A stretch of DNA of 63,840 nt, filler included, from Octopus bimaculoides (Eukaryota), in assembly GCF_001194135.2 (NCBI RefSeq). It is 4 parts of 4 records of this genome, joined end to end, with 100 filler letters (N's around TTAATTAATTAA, not from the genome) between each part and the next. Parts side by side here need not be neighbours in the genome. Positions count along the whole stretch, not along the records: positions 18,693 to 41,888 come from NC_068989.1; 3 more parts are not named here. The stretch is one strand, 5' to 3'. Positions 24,580-38,049 of the stretch are shown one piece after another; the first letter of the stretch is position 1, and every line of letters begins with the position of its first letter. The position numbers and the translations under genes were made by a program. The notes under the pieces were generated by a model that saw only the letters and a program-made list of their open reading frames with translations, was not told the origin of the DNA and made no database searches.

Positions 24580-25290
24580 TTTACATAGAGATAGAATAGT
24601 TAGGGGGCTGTTGTGCAGATGCATGTGTGTGTATTAGTGTGTGCGTGTGTGTGTGTGCGTGTGTATACGTATATGTATAAGCACATGTATGTAGGCAAAT
24701 GGATATGAATGTAAACAGATAGATATACAGACGGATAGGTTCATAGGTAATATGAGCAGACAAGCACACATACATACACACATACGCAAATGAAGACTGA
24801 AACACATGACCATATATACACACACCTCGCTTCACACAAGGACACATATGGAGACACACATCCATGCATATGGAGCTACACATCCATGCATATGGAGATA
24901 CACATCCATACACACAGACACAGTACATAGTCACATAAATCCATACACACACGGAAACACTCAGACATGCACGCACAAGAAGATAGAGGTACATACACAC
25001 ATGCAAATACACAAACACGAAGACGCTAACACACAAACACGAAGGCGTTAACACACAAACACATGAATATGCGGAATACATACATTCAAATGTACACACA
25101 TACATGCATATATACATACGCACACACATACATATATGCATACACTCATTTACATGCATGCATGGATATATATACACATGTATACATCCATCCATCCATC
25201 CATACATACATACATACATACATACGTACATACATGTGTATGCGAACACACATTAACTTACACACGTGCGCACACACGAACAAAAAGAAC
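24580..25290. repeat. Cryptically simple CA/TA-rich tract
   Basis: Mixed CACA/CATA units; source of spurious ORFs. Confidence 0.85.
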
Positions 25291-25799
25291 GCAGCTCGGA
25301 TGACGGACAGAGTCAACTATTGAAAAATTTGCCAGTCGCAACGAAAATTCTAAGAAAAATAAGTAAATGAGTGGAAATTTTACTGGTAAGTGTGTTCAAT
25401 AATAAGGCACTAACAGAGAATGACTCTCCCAGACACAACAAAATATGCTTCAACACATGAATTTACATAAAGAATCTTGCAAACCAAACTGAAAACGAAA
25501 TTTAAATCATTTGTTTTAGAAATTTGTAATGTACCTCATGTTGTAGTTGCATATAACCTTTCCTCTGATGAAGAAATAATTTTCATAGTTCTTATGTACT
25601 CTAACAAAGAGCAAAAACAAAATTCAGACTCGTACTCGATACCCAATGTATGCCAGCGTGATTAATATGTATATAATCTCTTTCAGGCACAGAGATATAA
25701 AGCTACCTATCCTTACCCATTTAATCGGGATTTTTCAGAAAGCTAGAAAATGCCCTGTCCGACCTAATATAGAGCATGCAACTGTCGTTCATGTTTTCG

Positions 25800-28410
25800 C
25801 AGGAAACTATGTATATTTCAATTTCGGAGTAATTTCGATGACTAGAAACCTAAGCATTAATAGAATCGCAACCCATAAATGAAAGATTGATACTAGCAAA
25901 ATTTAGAATGTCTCATAAGCGAATATTCCTAACAATCGTTATGTGCTACGCCCAACAAATGTTGCTGATGAATTAGCAAAAGTTGAATTTTATGATACTC
26001 TGCAGAGCGTAATTAAAAATACGGACTGAGAAAGAGTTGATAATGGTTATGGGTGATTTCAACGCAAAAGTCGGAAACATTAATTTAGGATATGAAGCCA
26101 TTGTGGGAAAACATGGTTTAGGAAGCATGAATGCAAATGGCTAGTTATTTGCCGATTTTTGCGCAAATAACCAGTTGGTCATTGGAGGAACTTTATTTCC
26201 GCACAAAGGCCTCCACAAAGCTACATGCCTAACGCCAGATCTGAAAACGCAAAATCAGATCGATCACATCTGTGTTAGCTGCAAGTTCAGGAGATCACTG
26301 TTAGATGTTAGGGTAAAAAGAAGGGCTGACGCAGCCTCCGACCACCACCTACTATTTGGCAAACTACAACTGAAGATAAGGGCTTTAAAAGAGGGATGTA
26401 AGGTTTAACGAAAATACCATTTTGATTTACAAAACACGAAGACACCCAAATAAAATACAGAAAAGCATTATTATGCAAATCAATGCAAGTTAAAAGGATG
26501 AAAGGCAACATAATAGAACATACTTGGTCGAAAATTAAGGATGCTTTTATTTCATTATTAGAAGAATGCGTAGGTTGTGTAAACAAAAAGAATAAGGCGT
26601 GGATATCACAACAGACACTAAAAGCCATACAAGTAAGAAAGAAGCTAAAGGAAAAATTACTATCGGCAAGCTTAGAAGTAGAGATCAATAGATGTCAGGG
26701 AAATTACAACCAACAAAATAAGAAAGTTAAAAAACAATTAAGAAGAGACAAGTGAAAATATTTCGAAAATTTAGCAACGACAGCAGAAAGTGCAGCTCAG
26801 CGCCAGAACATGAAAGAGTTGTATAACACAACTAAATTACTATCCGGGAAGAGATTAAGAGTAGAAAAGGCAGGAAAAGGGAAGGATGGCCGGACGCTAA
26901 TATCAATTCTAGAACAAAAAGAAAACCNNNNNNNNNNNNNNNNNNNNNNNNNNNNNNNNNNNNNNNNNNNNNNNNNNNNNNNNNNNNNNNNNNNNNNNNN
27001 NNNNNNNNNNNNNNNNNNNNNNNNNNNNNNNNNNNNNNNNNNNNNNNNNNNNNNNNNNNNNNNNNNNNNNNNNNNNNNNNNNNNNNNNNNNNNNNNNNNN
27101 NNNNNNNNNNNNNNNNNNNNNNNNNNNNNNNNNNNNNNNNNNNNNNNNNNNNNNNNNNNNNNNNNNNNNNNNNNNNNNNNNNNNNNNNNNNNNNNNNNNN
27201 NNNNNNNNNNNNNNNNNNNNNNNNNNNNNNNNNNNNNNNNNNNNNNNNNNGATCAAATTGCCACTCTTCGCATCATCTTGGAGCAAAGCGCAGGGTGGAA
27301 TGCACCGCTTTATATTAATTTTATTGATTTCGAAAAAGCATTCGATAGTGTAGATAGTGAAGGCTTATGGAAAATTATACTGCACTACGGCATACCAGAC
27401 AAGTATATATCTATAATAAGAGCAACTTACCAAAGAATGTCATGCCGAGTCTTGCATGGAAATGGAGCTACGGATAAATTCGACAAGGAGTTCGACAAGG
27501 CTGTATACTTCCTCCCTTTTTATTTCTACTAGTTATAGATTGGATTATGAAGGAAACTACGATTGAAAGCCAAACAGGCATTGAATGGACGAATGCAGAA
27601 GTTCTAGATCTCGACTTTGCAGATGATATAGCTCTACTTTCACAAACATTTAGCCAAATGCAAAATAAAACATCAAGATTAGCAGCAATAGCTGCCAAAC
27701 TAGGATTGAAAGTCAACCGCGACAATTCAAAAATTATGCGCGTTAATGAAGAAAACAGCGAACGTATAAACTAGAAACCGGTGAACTAGAAGATGTAGCC
27801 GAATTTATGTATTTAGGTAGTAAGATAACGTTTTCAGGCGGCACCGACGAAGATATTAAGATGAGAATAAGTAAGGCAAGGACTGCTTTTCACCTGTTAA
27901 AAAAAAAAGTATGGAGCGCAAGTGTAATTTCAATAAAGAGCAAAATAAGTATTTTTAACACTAACGTAAAAGCTAGGCTTTTGTATGGGGCTGAGACATG
28001 ACGAACAACAGTCAAGTCAAATAAGCAAATACAATCATTCATCAACAGGGGCTTGCGTAGTATACATAAAATTAGATGGCACGAACACATAAGCAATATG
28101 GAGCTATGGCAAAGAAAAAAATTAAGTTTCGATTAGGAGCAAATATTTAAGAAAAAGTGTAAGTGGATTGGTAGCACAATTAGAAAAGACACACGAAATG
28201 TAGCGAAAAGTGCTTTACAGTGGAATCCGGATGGATATAGCAAGAAGGGTAGGCCTAAGAATTCGTGGCGTAGATCAACACAAATAGAACTAGAGAAAGG
28301 AGGCATTCATGGCAGAGTATAAGTACAGAAGGGGAAAATTAAGCGACATGGAATTCGATTATAAGTGGCCTATACTCCATGTTGGAGGATTAAAGGCAAG
28401 AAAAAAAAAA
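25800..28410 (+). mobile_element. RTE-clade LINE (SR2/Perere-3-like), decayed, with internal gap
   Basis: VIGGTLFPHK...NQIDHIC...SDHHLL (APE); FIDFEKAFDSV, DLDFADDIALL, YLGS, LLYGAET (RT); GRPKNSWRR; ends in an A-run at 28401-28410. Confidence 0.92.
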
Positions 28411-28429
28411 CGTATGTGTATATATATAT

Positions 28430-28795
28430 ATATATATCCTATCATACACCTATACCCGCACATATACAAACATATGCATACCCGTATAAATGAAGGGGAC
28501 GCGTGCATGAAAGTCGCACTTATGCACGAAACAGAGTCTTACACTCATATACATACATATACACATGCACAATATACACACGCACACACACACAAACATA
28601 TGAAGTATATACATACATATGCATATACTCACGCACGTACACATTTACACAATTAAAAAGGAAAAAAAAGTGAAAAATACATGAAACATAAAAATTAAAA
28701 GAAATTAAGACATATGGGAAGCTTGTGTAGGAACATAGTAAGAATGTGGATTCTAGCCATGATTTTTGGGGGTGGGCGGAATAGGTATTTTGTCA
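28430..28795 (+). repeat. Unclassified dispersed repeat, about 350 bp (copy 1)
   Basis: AAAGTCGCACTTATGCAC, CACAATTAAAAAGGAAAAAA, TTAAGACATATG.GAAGCTTGTG and AGGTATTTTGTC recur at 47280-47625. Confidence 0.8.
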
Positions 28796-28806
28796 CACAC
28801 ACTTTC

Positions 28807-28845
<39 letters not shown>

Positions 28846-28938
28846 TGACCGCTGACTGAACACTATTCAATTTTTTTTCNNNNNNNNNNNNNNNNNNNNN
28901 NNTTTTTTTTCTCCGTGTTTTTCTCCTTGTCTCCGTAT

Positions 28939-28975
28939 TCTTTCTGTTGAAGAGCGTAGCTCGAAACGTTAAAGA
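28939..28975 (+). ncRNA. Degenerate minimal hammerhead-like motif (repeat about 28905-29065)
   Basis: TCTTT-CTGTTGA-A-GAGC-GTA-GCTC-GAAACGT-T-AAAGA; A6 position substituted. Confidence 0.6.
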
Positions 28976-29065
28976 CTTTCCGTATTCCCGAGCGTCATAC
29001 TAATACATCCTTTTGTTATTTACACCACCTGTCCTCGTCTGTTGTTGTTTTTTTCGTACATTCTC

Positions 29066-29107
<42 letters not shown>

Positions 29108-29856
29108 TGGGCTGGCTTTGTCGACGAAACATTTGAAGGCAGTGCCAGCTATGGACCTTGTCCAATAACTGAAATAAAGAAAAGAATGTGCCAAAATGTC
29201 ACTACGTGTGATACTATACTTACGTAGATACACACGTGTGAGTACATGTAGTGTTGGTGCGGAAGTAGGCTGGGGACGATAGAGTTGGATTTATTACTGC
29301 GTAGCATTAAACTTAACCTTATATTAACAAATATCCAAACCTGATTTATATATTTTAGCCGTTAATGCCAAGTTAGATTCAGCAATCAATAAAGTTGATA
29401 ATTTATTGCTAGGATGCTGCATGTGTGTTTTTTTCCTGATTTGTACTTTGCTATTAATAAAACATCCATTGCTAGGAGTCAGCTGTTTTTGTAATCATAC
29501 ACACGCACACACCTAATGATTATGTAATCAGCTAATATTTTAGCATTTGGTGTGGATTCATGGTATCTACCATAATATACTGCATTGGATTAGTTTTTGG
29601 TGCTTGTTATTATGTAGGTGCAGGTATAGCTGCTTGGCAAGAATCTTGCTATTCAGTCATATGGATCTGTCTTCAATCCCACAATGCGTCATCTTACGCA
29701 GTTAGTTGTCTTCGGCTATATTTGCGACTAAGCCAAAGCAATTTTGGTGGATTTGATAGACAGAATCTGAAATCTTGAAGTCACTCTTTCCCTCTCTCTC
29801 TTCTTCTGTCTGTCTGTCTCTGTCTGTCTGTCTGTCTGTCTGTCTCTGTATATATA

Positions 29857-29901
<45 letters not shown>

Positions 29902-30739
29902 GACATATATATATATATANNNNNNNNNNNNNNNNNNNNNNNNNNNNNNNNNNNNNNNNNNNNNNNNNNNNNNNNNNNNNNNNNNNNNNNNNNNNNNNNN
30001 NNNNNNNNNNNNNNNNNNNNNNNNNNNNNNNNNNNNNNNNNNNNNNNNNNNNNNNNNNNNNNNNNNNNNNNNNNNNNNNNNNNNNNNNNNNNNNNNNNNN
30101 NNNNNNNNNNNNNNNNNNNNNNNNNNNNNNNNNNNNNNNNNNNNNNNNNNNNNNNNNNNNNNNNNNNNNNNNNNNNNNNNNNNNNNNNNNNNNNNNNNNN
30201 NNNNNNNNNNNNNNNNNNNNNNNNNNNNNNNNNNNNNNNNNNNNNNNNNNNNNNNNNNNNNNNNNNNNNNNNNNNNNNNNNNNNNNNNNNNNNNNNNNNN
30301 NNNNNNNNNNNNNNNNNNNNNNNNNNNNNNNNNNNNNNNNNNNNNNNNNNNNNNNNNNNNNNNNNNNNNNNNNNNNNNNNNNNNNNNNNNNNNNNNNNNN
30401 NNNNNNNNNNNNNNNNNNNNNNNNNNNNNNNNNNNNNNNNNNNNNNNNNNNNNNNNNNNNNNNNNNNNNNNNNNNNNNNNNNNNNNNNNNNNNNNNNNNN
30501 NNNNNNNNNNNNNNNNNNNNNNNNNNNNNNNNNNNNNNNNNNNNNNNNNNNNNNNNNNNNNNNNNNNNNNNNNNNNNNNNNNNNNNNNNNNNNNNNNNNN
30601 NNNNNNNNNNNNNNNNNNNNNNNNNNNNNNNNNNNNNNNNNNNNNNNNNNNNNNNNNNNNNNNNNNNNNNNNNNNNNNNNNNNNNNNNNNNNNNNNNNNN
30701 NNNNNNNNNNNNNNNNNNNNCACACACACACACACACAT

Positions 30740-30775
<36 letters not shown>

Positions 30776-30790
30776 GCATACATATATATG

Positions 30791-30951
30791 ACGGGCTTCT
30801 TTCAGTTTCCGTCTACCAAATCCACTTACAAGGCTTTGGTCGGTCCGTGGCTATGGTAGATGACACTTACCTAAGGTGTCACGCAGTGGGAATGAACTCG
30901 GAACCATGTGGTTGGTAAGCAAGCTACTTACCACATAGCCACTCCTGGGCC
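30791..30951 (-). mobile_element. SINE family B 5' half
   Basis: Reverse complement GGCCCAGGAGTGGCTATGTGGTAAGTAGCTTGC...AAGCCCGTC. Confidence 0.85.
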
Positions 30952-31249
30952 TATATATATGTATACACGTTTATAAGACAATAAAGAAAGCTGCATATTA
31001 ATTAGTTATCAGTATAAAACTTTACTAAGTCAAAATATTTATTAAAATCTGCACTATCCAGAAAATAGTTGGAATTCCAGATTTGATAAATTTTTTCGAC
31101 ATGGTTATTTACACGTTTTTATTATGAAAGATTTCAGTGAAACGATTCTATAACAGATACAGTGGTCTTACACAGTGAAATAACACTTTTTAACGTCTTT
31201 CTTTATGGATTGCCTTAATATTTTCACAATTCAGTGAAAACATTTTAAA

Positions 31250-31400
31250 TTATAAGTTTACTCCAAATATCCTTTCATATTTGTTGGATGTTGCTGGCGA
31301 AATAGCAAGCGAAATAAAGAAAGTGGTTTTAATTTTGTTATATAGATTGTACCAAGTATAATCTTCTTTCATTTTCAAAGAAGTATTTAATTTGGCGCAA
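31250..31400 (-). mobile_element. Possible hAT C-terminal dimerization-domain remnant
   Basis: LAISPATSNKYERIFG resembles the hAT motif LSIPATSA.SER.FS; short match only. Confidence 0.3.
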
Positions 31401-33289
31401 TTTTCCACAAAAATGTAACCATTAGGGGAGGCTGTTATTGTACATGATAAAACTATAAGACGAAATCTGTAATATATTTCCAATAGATAATTTTGCTCAG
31501 AATCCTTAATCCACTGTTCGTATTATTGTAATTCATGTGATGAATAAGATTTAAAAAAATTAATTTCCTAACTCCGTACATCTACAATTGTGTGTATACT
31601 GAGTGAGAACTATTAGACGAATAAATGATACGTAGGAATATTTGATGTAATATATAAGGAAATAATCACACAAATTAGAGATCAAATGAATAAATATTAT
31701 TTTCTGACTCCAGGAAAGTGGCAGGAGGCTGTTCCTCCTGCTAATAAATATAATTCTAGGAGCATAATGACTCTATAGATATTGATGTGTTGCCCTCACA
31801 TACGGATACGACGATTCTGATATTGTTTCTAACGAAAATACCAGACTGACAATTGTGAATATAATGTCTTTAAGGGTGGCGATCTTGCAAGGGCATCATC
31901 TAACCAGTGAAATCAGCGAAGAATTTAATGATATTTGATAAAAGACATTCATTTGCAATTATTAGTATTTTCTCTTTCACTTTAGCTATATATCTCTATT
32001 TAAGCTTATTTAAACGATTGGCCATGTATGTATTACTGAATATTTCTCAGAAAGCCAACCATTCTATTAAACAGTAACTCCATAGTGTAGCAATCCAAAA
32101 GGTAGTTCGTATTGTGGTATAGTTTTTCGAATCGAGTGTCATTGCATGTAAGAAAAACATTGATTTAATAGCTTAAAAAGTGTTGGACTCATTCATAGCA
32201 ATGCAATCCCTAGCAATGCAATCTATTTTTAGCCTAACGTTTCATTTACCCTTTCTGCTTATTATTCGGATGTAACTACGTTAAGGCCTCATCACAAATG
32301 TTGAAGCAATCATAATGAACGTCTTACAACCACGATCTCTGAATGCAACAGGAATAGAAAATGACTACATTAGTTAACATTATTCTATTGAAGCAAATAA
32401 TTGGAGAACATTAATATCGTTGTCAATAAATAAAATGCTAACGCTAAAAAAGTTAAACGAAGTTACGTTTAAAGAAAGATGGACGGCATAAATGAATTTT
32501 ACATGACACTGGAAAATGCATTTATCAGATGAAATTAACATTCGTTATAAATGGCTACAAATAGAAAAAAGTTTTTAGTGATAGATCTTATAATTTACTG
32601 GCGCATCTGTTTAATGATTTGCGAGAGGAGATACAAGTTTATGTATGGTGTAGTGTATGCGAGCGTTTTCTGTGATATTAATGACCTGAAATAAGTTGCT
32701 GTAGCAACGTTTTCTACTTTAATTACTGTGTGATTGGCATGCCGAGCTAACTTTTCCTATGTGTTTGTTCGTGTATTTTGTTATGTGTTTGAGCAGGTTA
32801 TTGTGTTATGTTCTCAATACCATTATTTCTAGGTGTGAAATGATTGTGTGCTGAGGTTTCCACATCTCAATTCAATTAATGAGTTGCAAAAGAAAATGTT
32901 TTATTGGAATATCAAGTTTTATGCATATGCTTACATATATATTTTTATGTCATTATATATGCAATGTTTACATGTATGTGGATGTGAACAAGGCAAAGAA
33001 TAACAATGGTGTTCAGATATCGGGTACTGGCCATTATTAGTTTCATAACGGCATGCAAGAGGAAAATTTGGATATCACTACCAAGCATTTTATTGTAAAA
33101 ATAAATATATTAACATAGCGTTGAGTGATTCTCCAATTTAATGTGCAACTGTTTACATAATTACTTTTACATAAATATTTAACGTTAATATACATACATA
33201 CATACATACATATTGATGCGACCACCGAAAATACAAATTAATGTTATATCCCTATCTCCCGAGCTGGGTTTTGAAACCGTATTCTGGTT

Positions 33290-34326
33290 GTTGGTGACAA
33301 TGGCATTTCCTTTGTCTTGTCAACAACCATAGCTATTTTTAGCGTAGGAGTGATCGCTGACCCTTTCCGGTCAGCGAAAGTTCAGAAAAACAAGATAGGA
33401 ATTGTACTGAACTGACCCAGCTTTGGGAGGGGGTAAAGTAACACTATTGAACTACGGTATTTGTGATAAATACGAGAACAGGAACTGGCGCGAGGCAGTT
33501 GGCCGAGGATTTGGGTAGCAGTCGAGTTGGCGTATGGAGTTGGCCAGTCGAGTTGGGTACAGTCAGTTGGCGAAGGCGGTTGGCCTGAGTCGAGTTGGAT
33601 GAAGAACGTCAGCCATTGAAGATGAACAGTGATAAGTCTAACAGAGAGAGGCCTATAGTCAGCAGGTACGAGTAAGCAGAAATGCATAGTCTCAGAGAGA
33701 GAGAGAGAGGGACAGAGAGATGGAGCTGTTGTGGCAGCCAAAAGAGATCGTAGTAGTCAGTTGGTTACTTCTTGGATAGTAGGAGTTTTGAAAGAAAGGA
33801 AGTTATTACGGTAAAGGTTTGTGTAAATATTCTTCCAAGAAAAATGTACTTGTCGTTATGATGTATAAAGAAAAAGAACTGTTAACTGTGATGTTAACTT
33901 AAAAGAGGAAAAAAAGAAAGAACTTCGTTACATGTTGTTTAACTGAAATGAAAACAAAGAAGTGAAAGAACTTTTGATGGACTTGATGTACGAACTCTTG
34001 CTTATGTAATGATTGTAAACCTTTGATTATGTTGAATGCGCTATTGTTATATGCTATTGAATTTGAATTGTTATGCAATGTATTGATGATGTAATGTTTT
34101 ATTCTGATGTTTGTTGTAAAAAGAAAAGTTAGTTCCGCTACCCAACGTATGGTCTCCGTGTTATTTCTTCCTCTCCTCCTTTTGCCTGTTGTTCTTCGTT
34201 GCGTGCTCCGGCCGGGGCTTATTGGTGGCCGTGGCGAACATCCCGACTCACTGAGCGTGGACGTTCGCGCGCGGGCGAGTTCTCTCTTCGGTTAAGGAGG
34301 TGCTTCGCGTGCGGGCGTTCGTAACA
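33290..34326. mobile_element. Probable solo LTR
   Basis: About 1 kb non-coding island ending CGTAACA (TGTTACG on minus), CpG-rich end, AG tract, short internal repeats; left boundary and TSD not identified. Confidence 0.4.
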
Positions 34327-34384
<58 letters not shown>

Positions 34385-34389
34385 GTATA

Positions 34390-34689
34390 TATTATATTTT
34401 ACATGTTTCAGGAATTAAACTGAGGCCATGCTAGGGTATTACGTTGAAAAATTGTTAGTCGAATGAATTGACCCTAGTACTTATTATTTTAAGCTTAAAT
34501 CCACGCACAAGTCATTAGTAAGCTCGTAGTTATAATACACGGAACTTGTCCAAGATCCTATACCGTGGGACTGAACCCGCAACAATGTGGTTGGGAAGCA
34601 AATTTCTTACCACAGAGCCCCGCCGGGCTTCCATCAATCTTCGTTCATCAAATCTATTACAAAGGCTTGGTTGGCCCGAAGCTATAGCC

Positions 34690-34690
<1 letters not shown>
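34390..34690 (-). mobile_element. Rearranged SINE family B pieces
   Basis: Tail (GGCCATGCTAG), core (CTTGTCCAAG), head (GGGACTGAACCC) and a second partial middle segment. Confidence 0.7.
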
Positions 34691-34730
<40 letters not shown>

Positions 34731-34839
34731 CTGTGTATGTATGTACGCATGCATGTATGTATGTACGTGCAGATTTGTATGTTTTGTGTACGTATTCTCA
34801 TGCATAGAGTTACATTTCTAGACATGCTCATATATATTT

Positions 34840-36725
34840 AAATGATAAACGTCTGGGAAGTTTTACAGATTTTTACAGTTCCAGTGATGGATTGGATCTG
34901 TAGCCTTCGAATTAGCTTTCTGCTTTCTGGTTTTGTGAAGCCTAATTTCTCAAGATTGGTATTTAGGCAGTGTGTTACATATCCCAGGTCCCCAATACTT
35001 ACATGTAAAAACCTGAAGTTGTAATCTGGATCGAGTAACTGTAGACTTCACAATAGTTCAGCATCCACTTGGCAGCTAATGTTAACATCCACTTGGCAGC
35101 TAATTTCTACAATTGTGGACAGTTTCTCTTCTCTATCCCAAATCATGATATCATGCCTGTTGTGCTTACATTTTATTAAGGTCTTCATTGGTACATTCCA
35201 CCAGTATTCCTTTTCATTATGAGTGGCTATGTCCTCTACCNNNNNNNNNNNNNNNNNNNNNNNNNNNNNNNNNNNNNNNNNNNNNNNNNNNNNNNNNNNN
35301 NNNNNNNNNNNNNNNNNNNNNNNNNNNNNNNNNNNNNNNNNNNNNNNNNNNNNNNNNNNNNNNNNNNNNNNNNNNNNNNNNNNNNNNNNNNNNNNNNNNN
35401 NNNNNNNNNNNNNNNNNNNNNNNNNNNNNNNNNNNNNNNNNNNNNNNNNNNNNNNNNNNNNNNNNNNNNNNNNNNNNNNNNNNNNNNNNNNNNNGCTTTC
35501 TACTAACATATCCATGCATAGGTTTCTGCTCATATAGGCTCATCCTTTCATCTAATGATATGTTGCAGTAGTGTTGTGCAACTTCTTTGGACATGTATTC
35601 TAGGGTATCAGACAAAGAGTGTTGCTCAAGGAGCTGCCTTCCAAGTCTTATGATGTTTCAGCTTCGTGTATGCAAACTTGGTCAAAGAATGCACTTCGAT
35701 GTATGGTGGTTAGAAGATGTTGCCGAAGGTATATGATACGGCATTCAAAGGCATTTTGGATCGATGTTAAGCCTCTGCCACCTTTTTTACGTTTTAGCTA
35801 GAGGCGGTCTACATCACTGTTTATGTAGAAATTATGTGTGCTTGTTAGTATTTTTCTGGTTTTCAGATCAATGGCTCGGATCATATCAAGCATGCAATCT
35901 AGCAGCCCAAATGTTGGTATGATTACTGGCACTGCAAACACATTATATTGAATGCAGAGAGTTCTGAGATCCAAATGTTCTTTATTCGGCTGTCATATTC
36001 TTTAGTGACACATGTTTTGTTACAGGAGTCACAGTAAGATATATTTTCATCTACTCCTAGATACCCGTAACATTCCTCATCACTTGCAGGGAAAACAGTC
36101 AAATCATCGACGGTGATGCTACTAGTGTGGTTTATAGTTTTTCTCTTTTTCACAACCATATAACAACATTTATCCTGAGCAAATTCCAACCCTACAGCCT
36201 TTGAGAATTTTGCAACTAGGTCAATGTTCCTTTTCATCAAATGCATATTCTTTGCATAAATGTTTAAGTCATCCACAAAGAAACTGTAAATTTGGTATTT
36301 CTGTTTCCTTGTGAACCAGTGAGATACCCTTCAGACTTCTTTAACATGAATGACAAGGGGTTTACAGAAATTATAAACAACATCACAGAGAGGCTTTCAC
36401 CTTGGAATATGCCTTTGCGATACTATATTCTATCAGTGGTAATACAGTCACTCTTTGTGTATAATTTTAAGATGGTGGCCCACGATGAAATCAAGTCAGC
36501 TATGGCTTTGACCATTCTCACTGGAACTCCAGCGAGTTGAAGGGCTTCTAGCATCTATGAGTTAGGAACAGAGTCAAAGGCTTTCTTGTAATCTAGCCAC
36601 ATTGAAACTAAAATCATCATATTCTCCCGCACCTCTGACGTCACACTTTTGTTGATTAGCAATTGCTCAGCAATTCATCCCAGCTGCTTTTTCTGCTGTC
36701 ATAACGTTATTGGTTTCACAATGGT
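34840..36725 (-). mobile_element. R4/Dong-like LINE, second subfamily, RT to RLE, decayed
   Basis: WLDYKKAFDSV, GIFQGESLS, FFVDDLNIYAK, YGYLG, GGRGLTSI, HNRHDIMIWD...IVEISC. Confidence 0.85.
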
Positions 36726-36837
36726 CTTGGAGGAAGAGGCTTAAACATGGTGTATATATCTTATACATTAAGTTCTAGCATGCAAATTGGCTGGTAGTTT
36801 TCTGCCATGTGGGTGGTTCTGCATTTGGAGATGAATA

Positions 36838-37010
36838 TGCATGTATGTATGTATGTATGTATGCATGTATGTATGTATGTATATATGTATGTATGCATGT
36901 ATGTATGTATGTATGTATGTATGTATGTATGTATGTATTCATAAATGTATGCACGCATGTATGTATGCCTGTATGTATGTATGCATGTGTATATGTATGT
37001 ATGTGTGTAA

Positions 37011-37047
<37 letters not shown>

Positions 37048-37050
37048 CAT
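36838..37050. repeat. (ATGT)n/(TA)n tract
   Basis: Direct reading. Confidence 0.95.
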
Positions 37051-37208
37051 ATAAGTAAGGGATCAGCAAAATATTTGCTTCACCATATACCGAAGTTCAG
37101 AAAATAACAGCTAAAAGCTGAGAATCTCACAGATAGCATCGCTTGTAACTCACAAAGGCGAAACCAAGAAGAAAAAACAATGAAAAACTAACCAATTCAG
37201 ATGATTAG

Positions 37209-37276
37209 CAGCAGACGCGTTTCAGGATTATGATTAATAATTAACAATTAATAATCAATTTCCTTCATCAGTACTG
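37209..37276 (-). ncRNA. Type I hammerhead ribozyme, apparently intact
   Basis: Minus strand: CAGTA-CTGATGA-AGGA-(AT-rich, partly self-pairing)-TCCT-GAAA-CGCG-TC-TGCTG; GUC site, cut after 37214. Confidence 0.85.
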
Positions 37277-38049
37277 TATTCCAGTAGTAAATTTGACTAT
37301 GCTAGCAAACCCTGCAAGCATGGACTGGTAATTCCACACCGACACAGATCAGAAAGCATAACCGAATTCACCTCGGTCAGCTAGTCTAACTGTCCCCTCC
37401 TCAAGAAATTACCATGTGCGCGACAAATATATATACATATTTATTATATATATACATATATATTATATACGCCAGTTTCAACAGATATATATATGTGTGT
37501 GTATATATATATATATACATATATGTATATATATACATATACATATGTATATACACAAACATATATATATATACACATATACATACATACATACATACGA
37601 ATTTATTGTATTTCAGTTGACTACACGTTAGTTCCTTCACACTTTGCCCTTTGACGGTGATCAGCATTCACCCTCTTCAAGCAACCTTGGTTGGTGGTCA
37701 GTTTAGTCACCGATGACCTGACCAGATTTTACTGAGTTACGTGTTACCGGTAGCGAAGAAGACCATCGTCTAGTGCATGGAAAATATGAATTTTTCGATA
37801 ATGCTCAAAAGTCGACAGTCTGGCCCTAAGGTACTGAAAATCTTAAATGGTACAAACTTCAAATTACCAAGCAACTTGTAAATACTCCAAAATATCAATT
37901 TTGATGGAAATAATCTATGGAAAGATTTCGAAACAAAAGTATTTCAGGTTGCAAGTTTTCAGTGGTATCTAAGTCGCGTAATTTTAGTGACTGTTTCTCA
38001 GACAAATCACCAGAAATTAATTATATACTTTTAGAAAAACAAAACTTAG

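Noticed and set aside
25561-25600. Another hammerhead (CTGATGAAG)
   Set aside because: No helix II or GAAA-N-UH downstream.
29560-29778. Membrane-protein exon (hydrophobic 72-aa ORF)
   Set aside because: No motif; hydrophobicity is expected from T-rich sequence.
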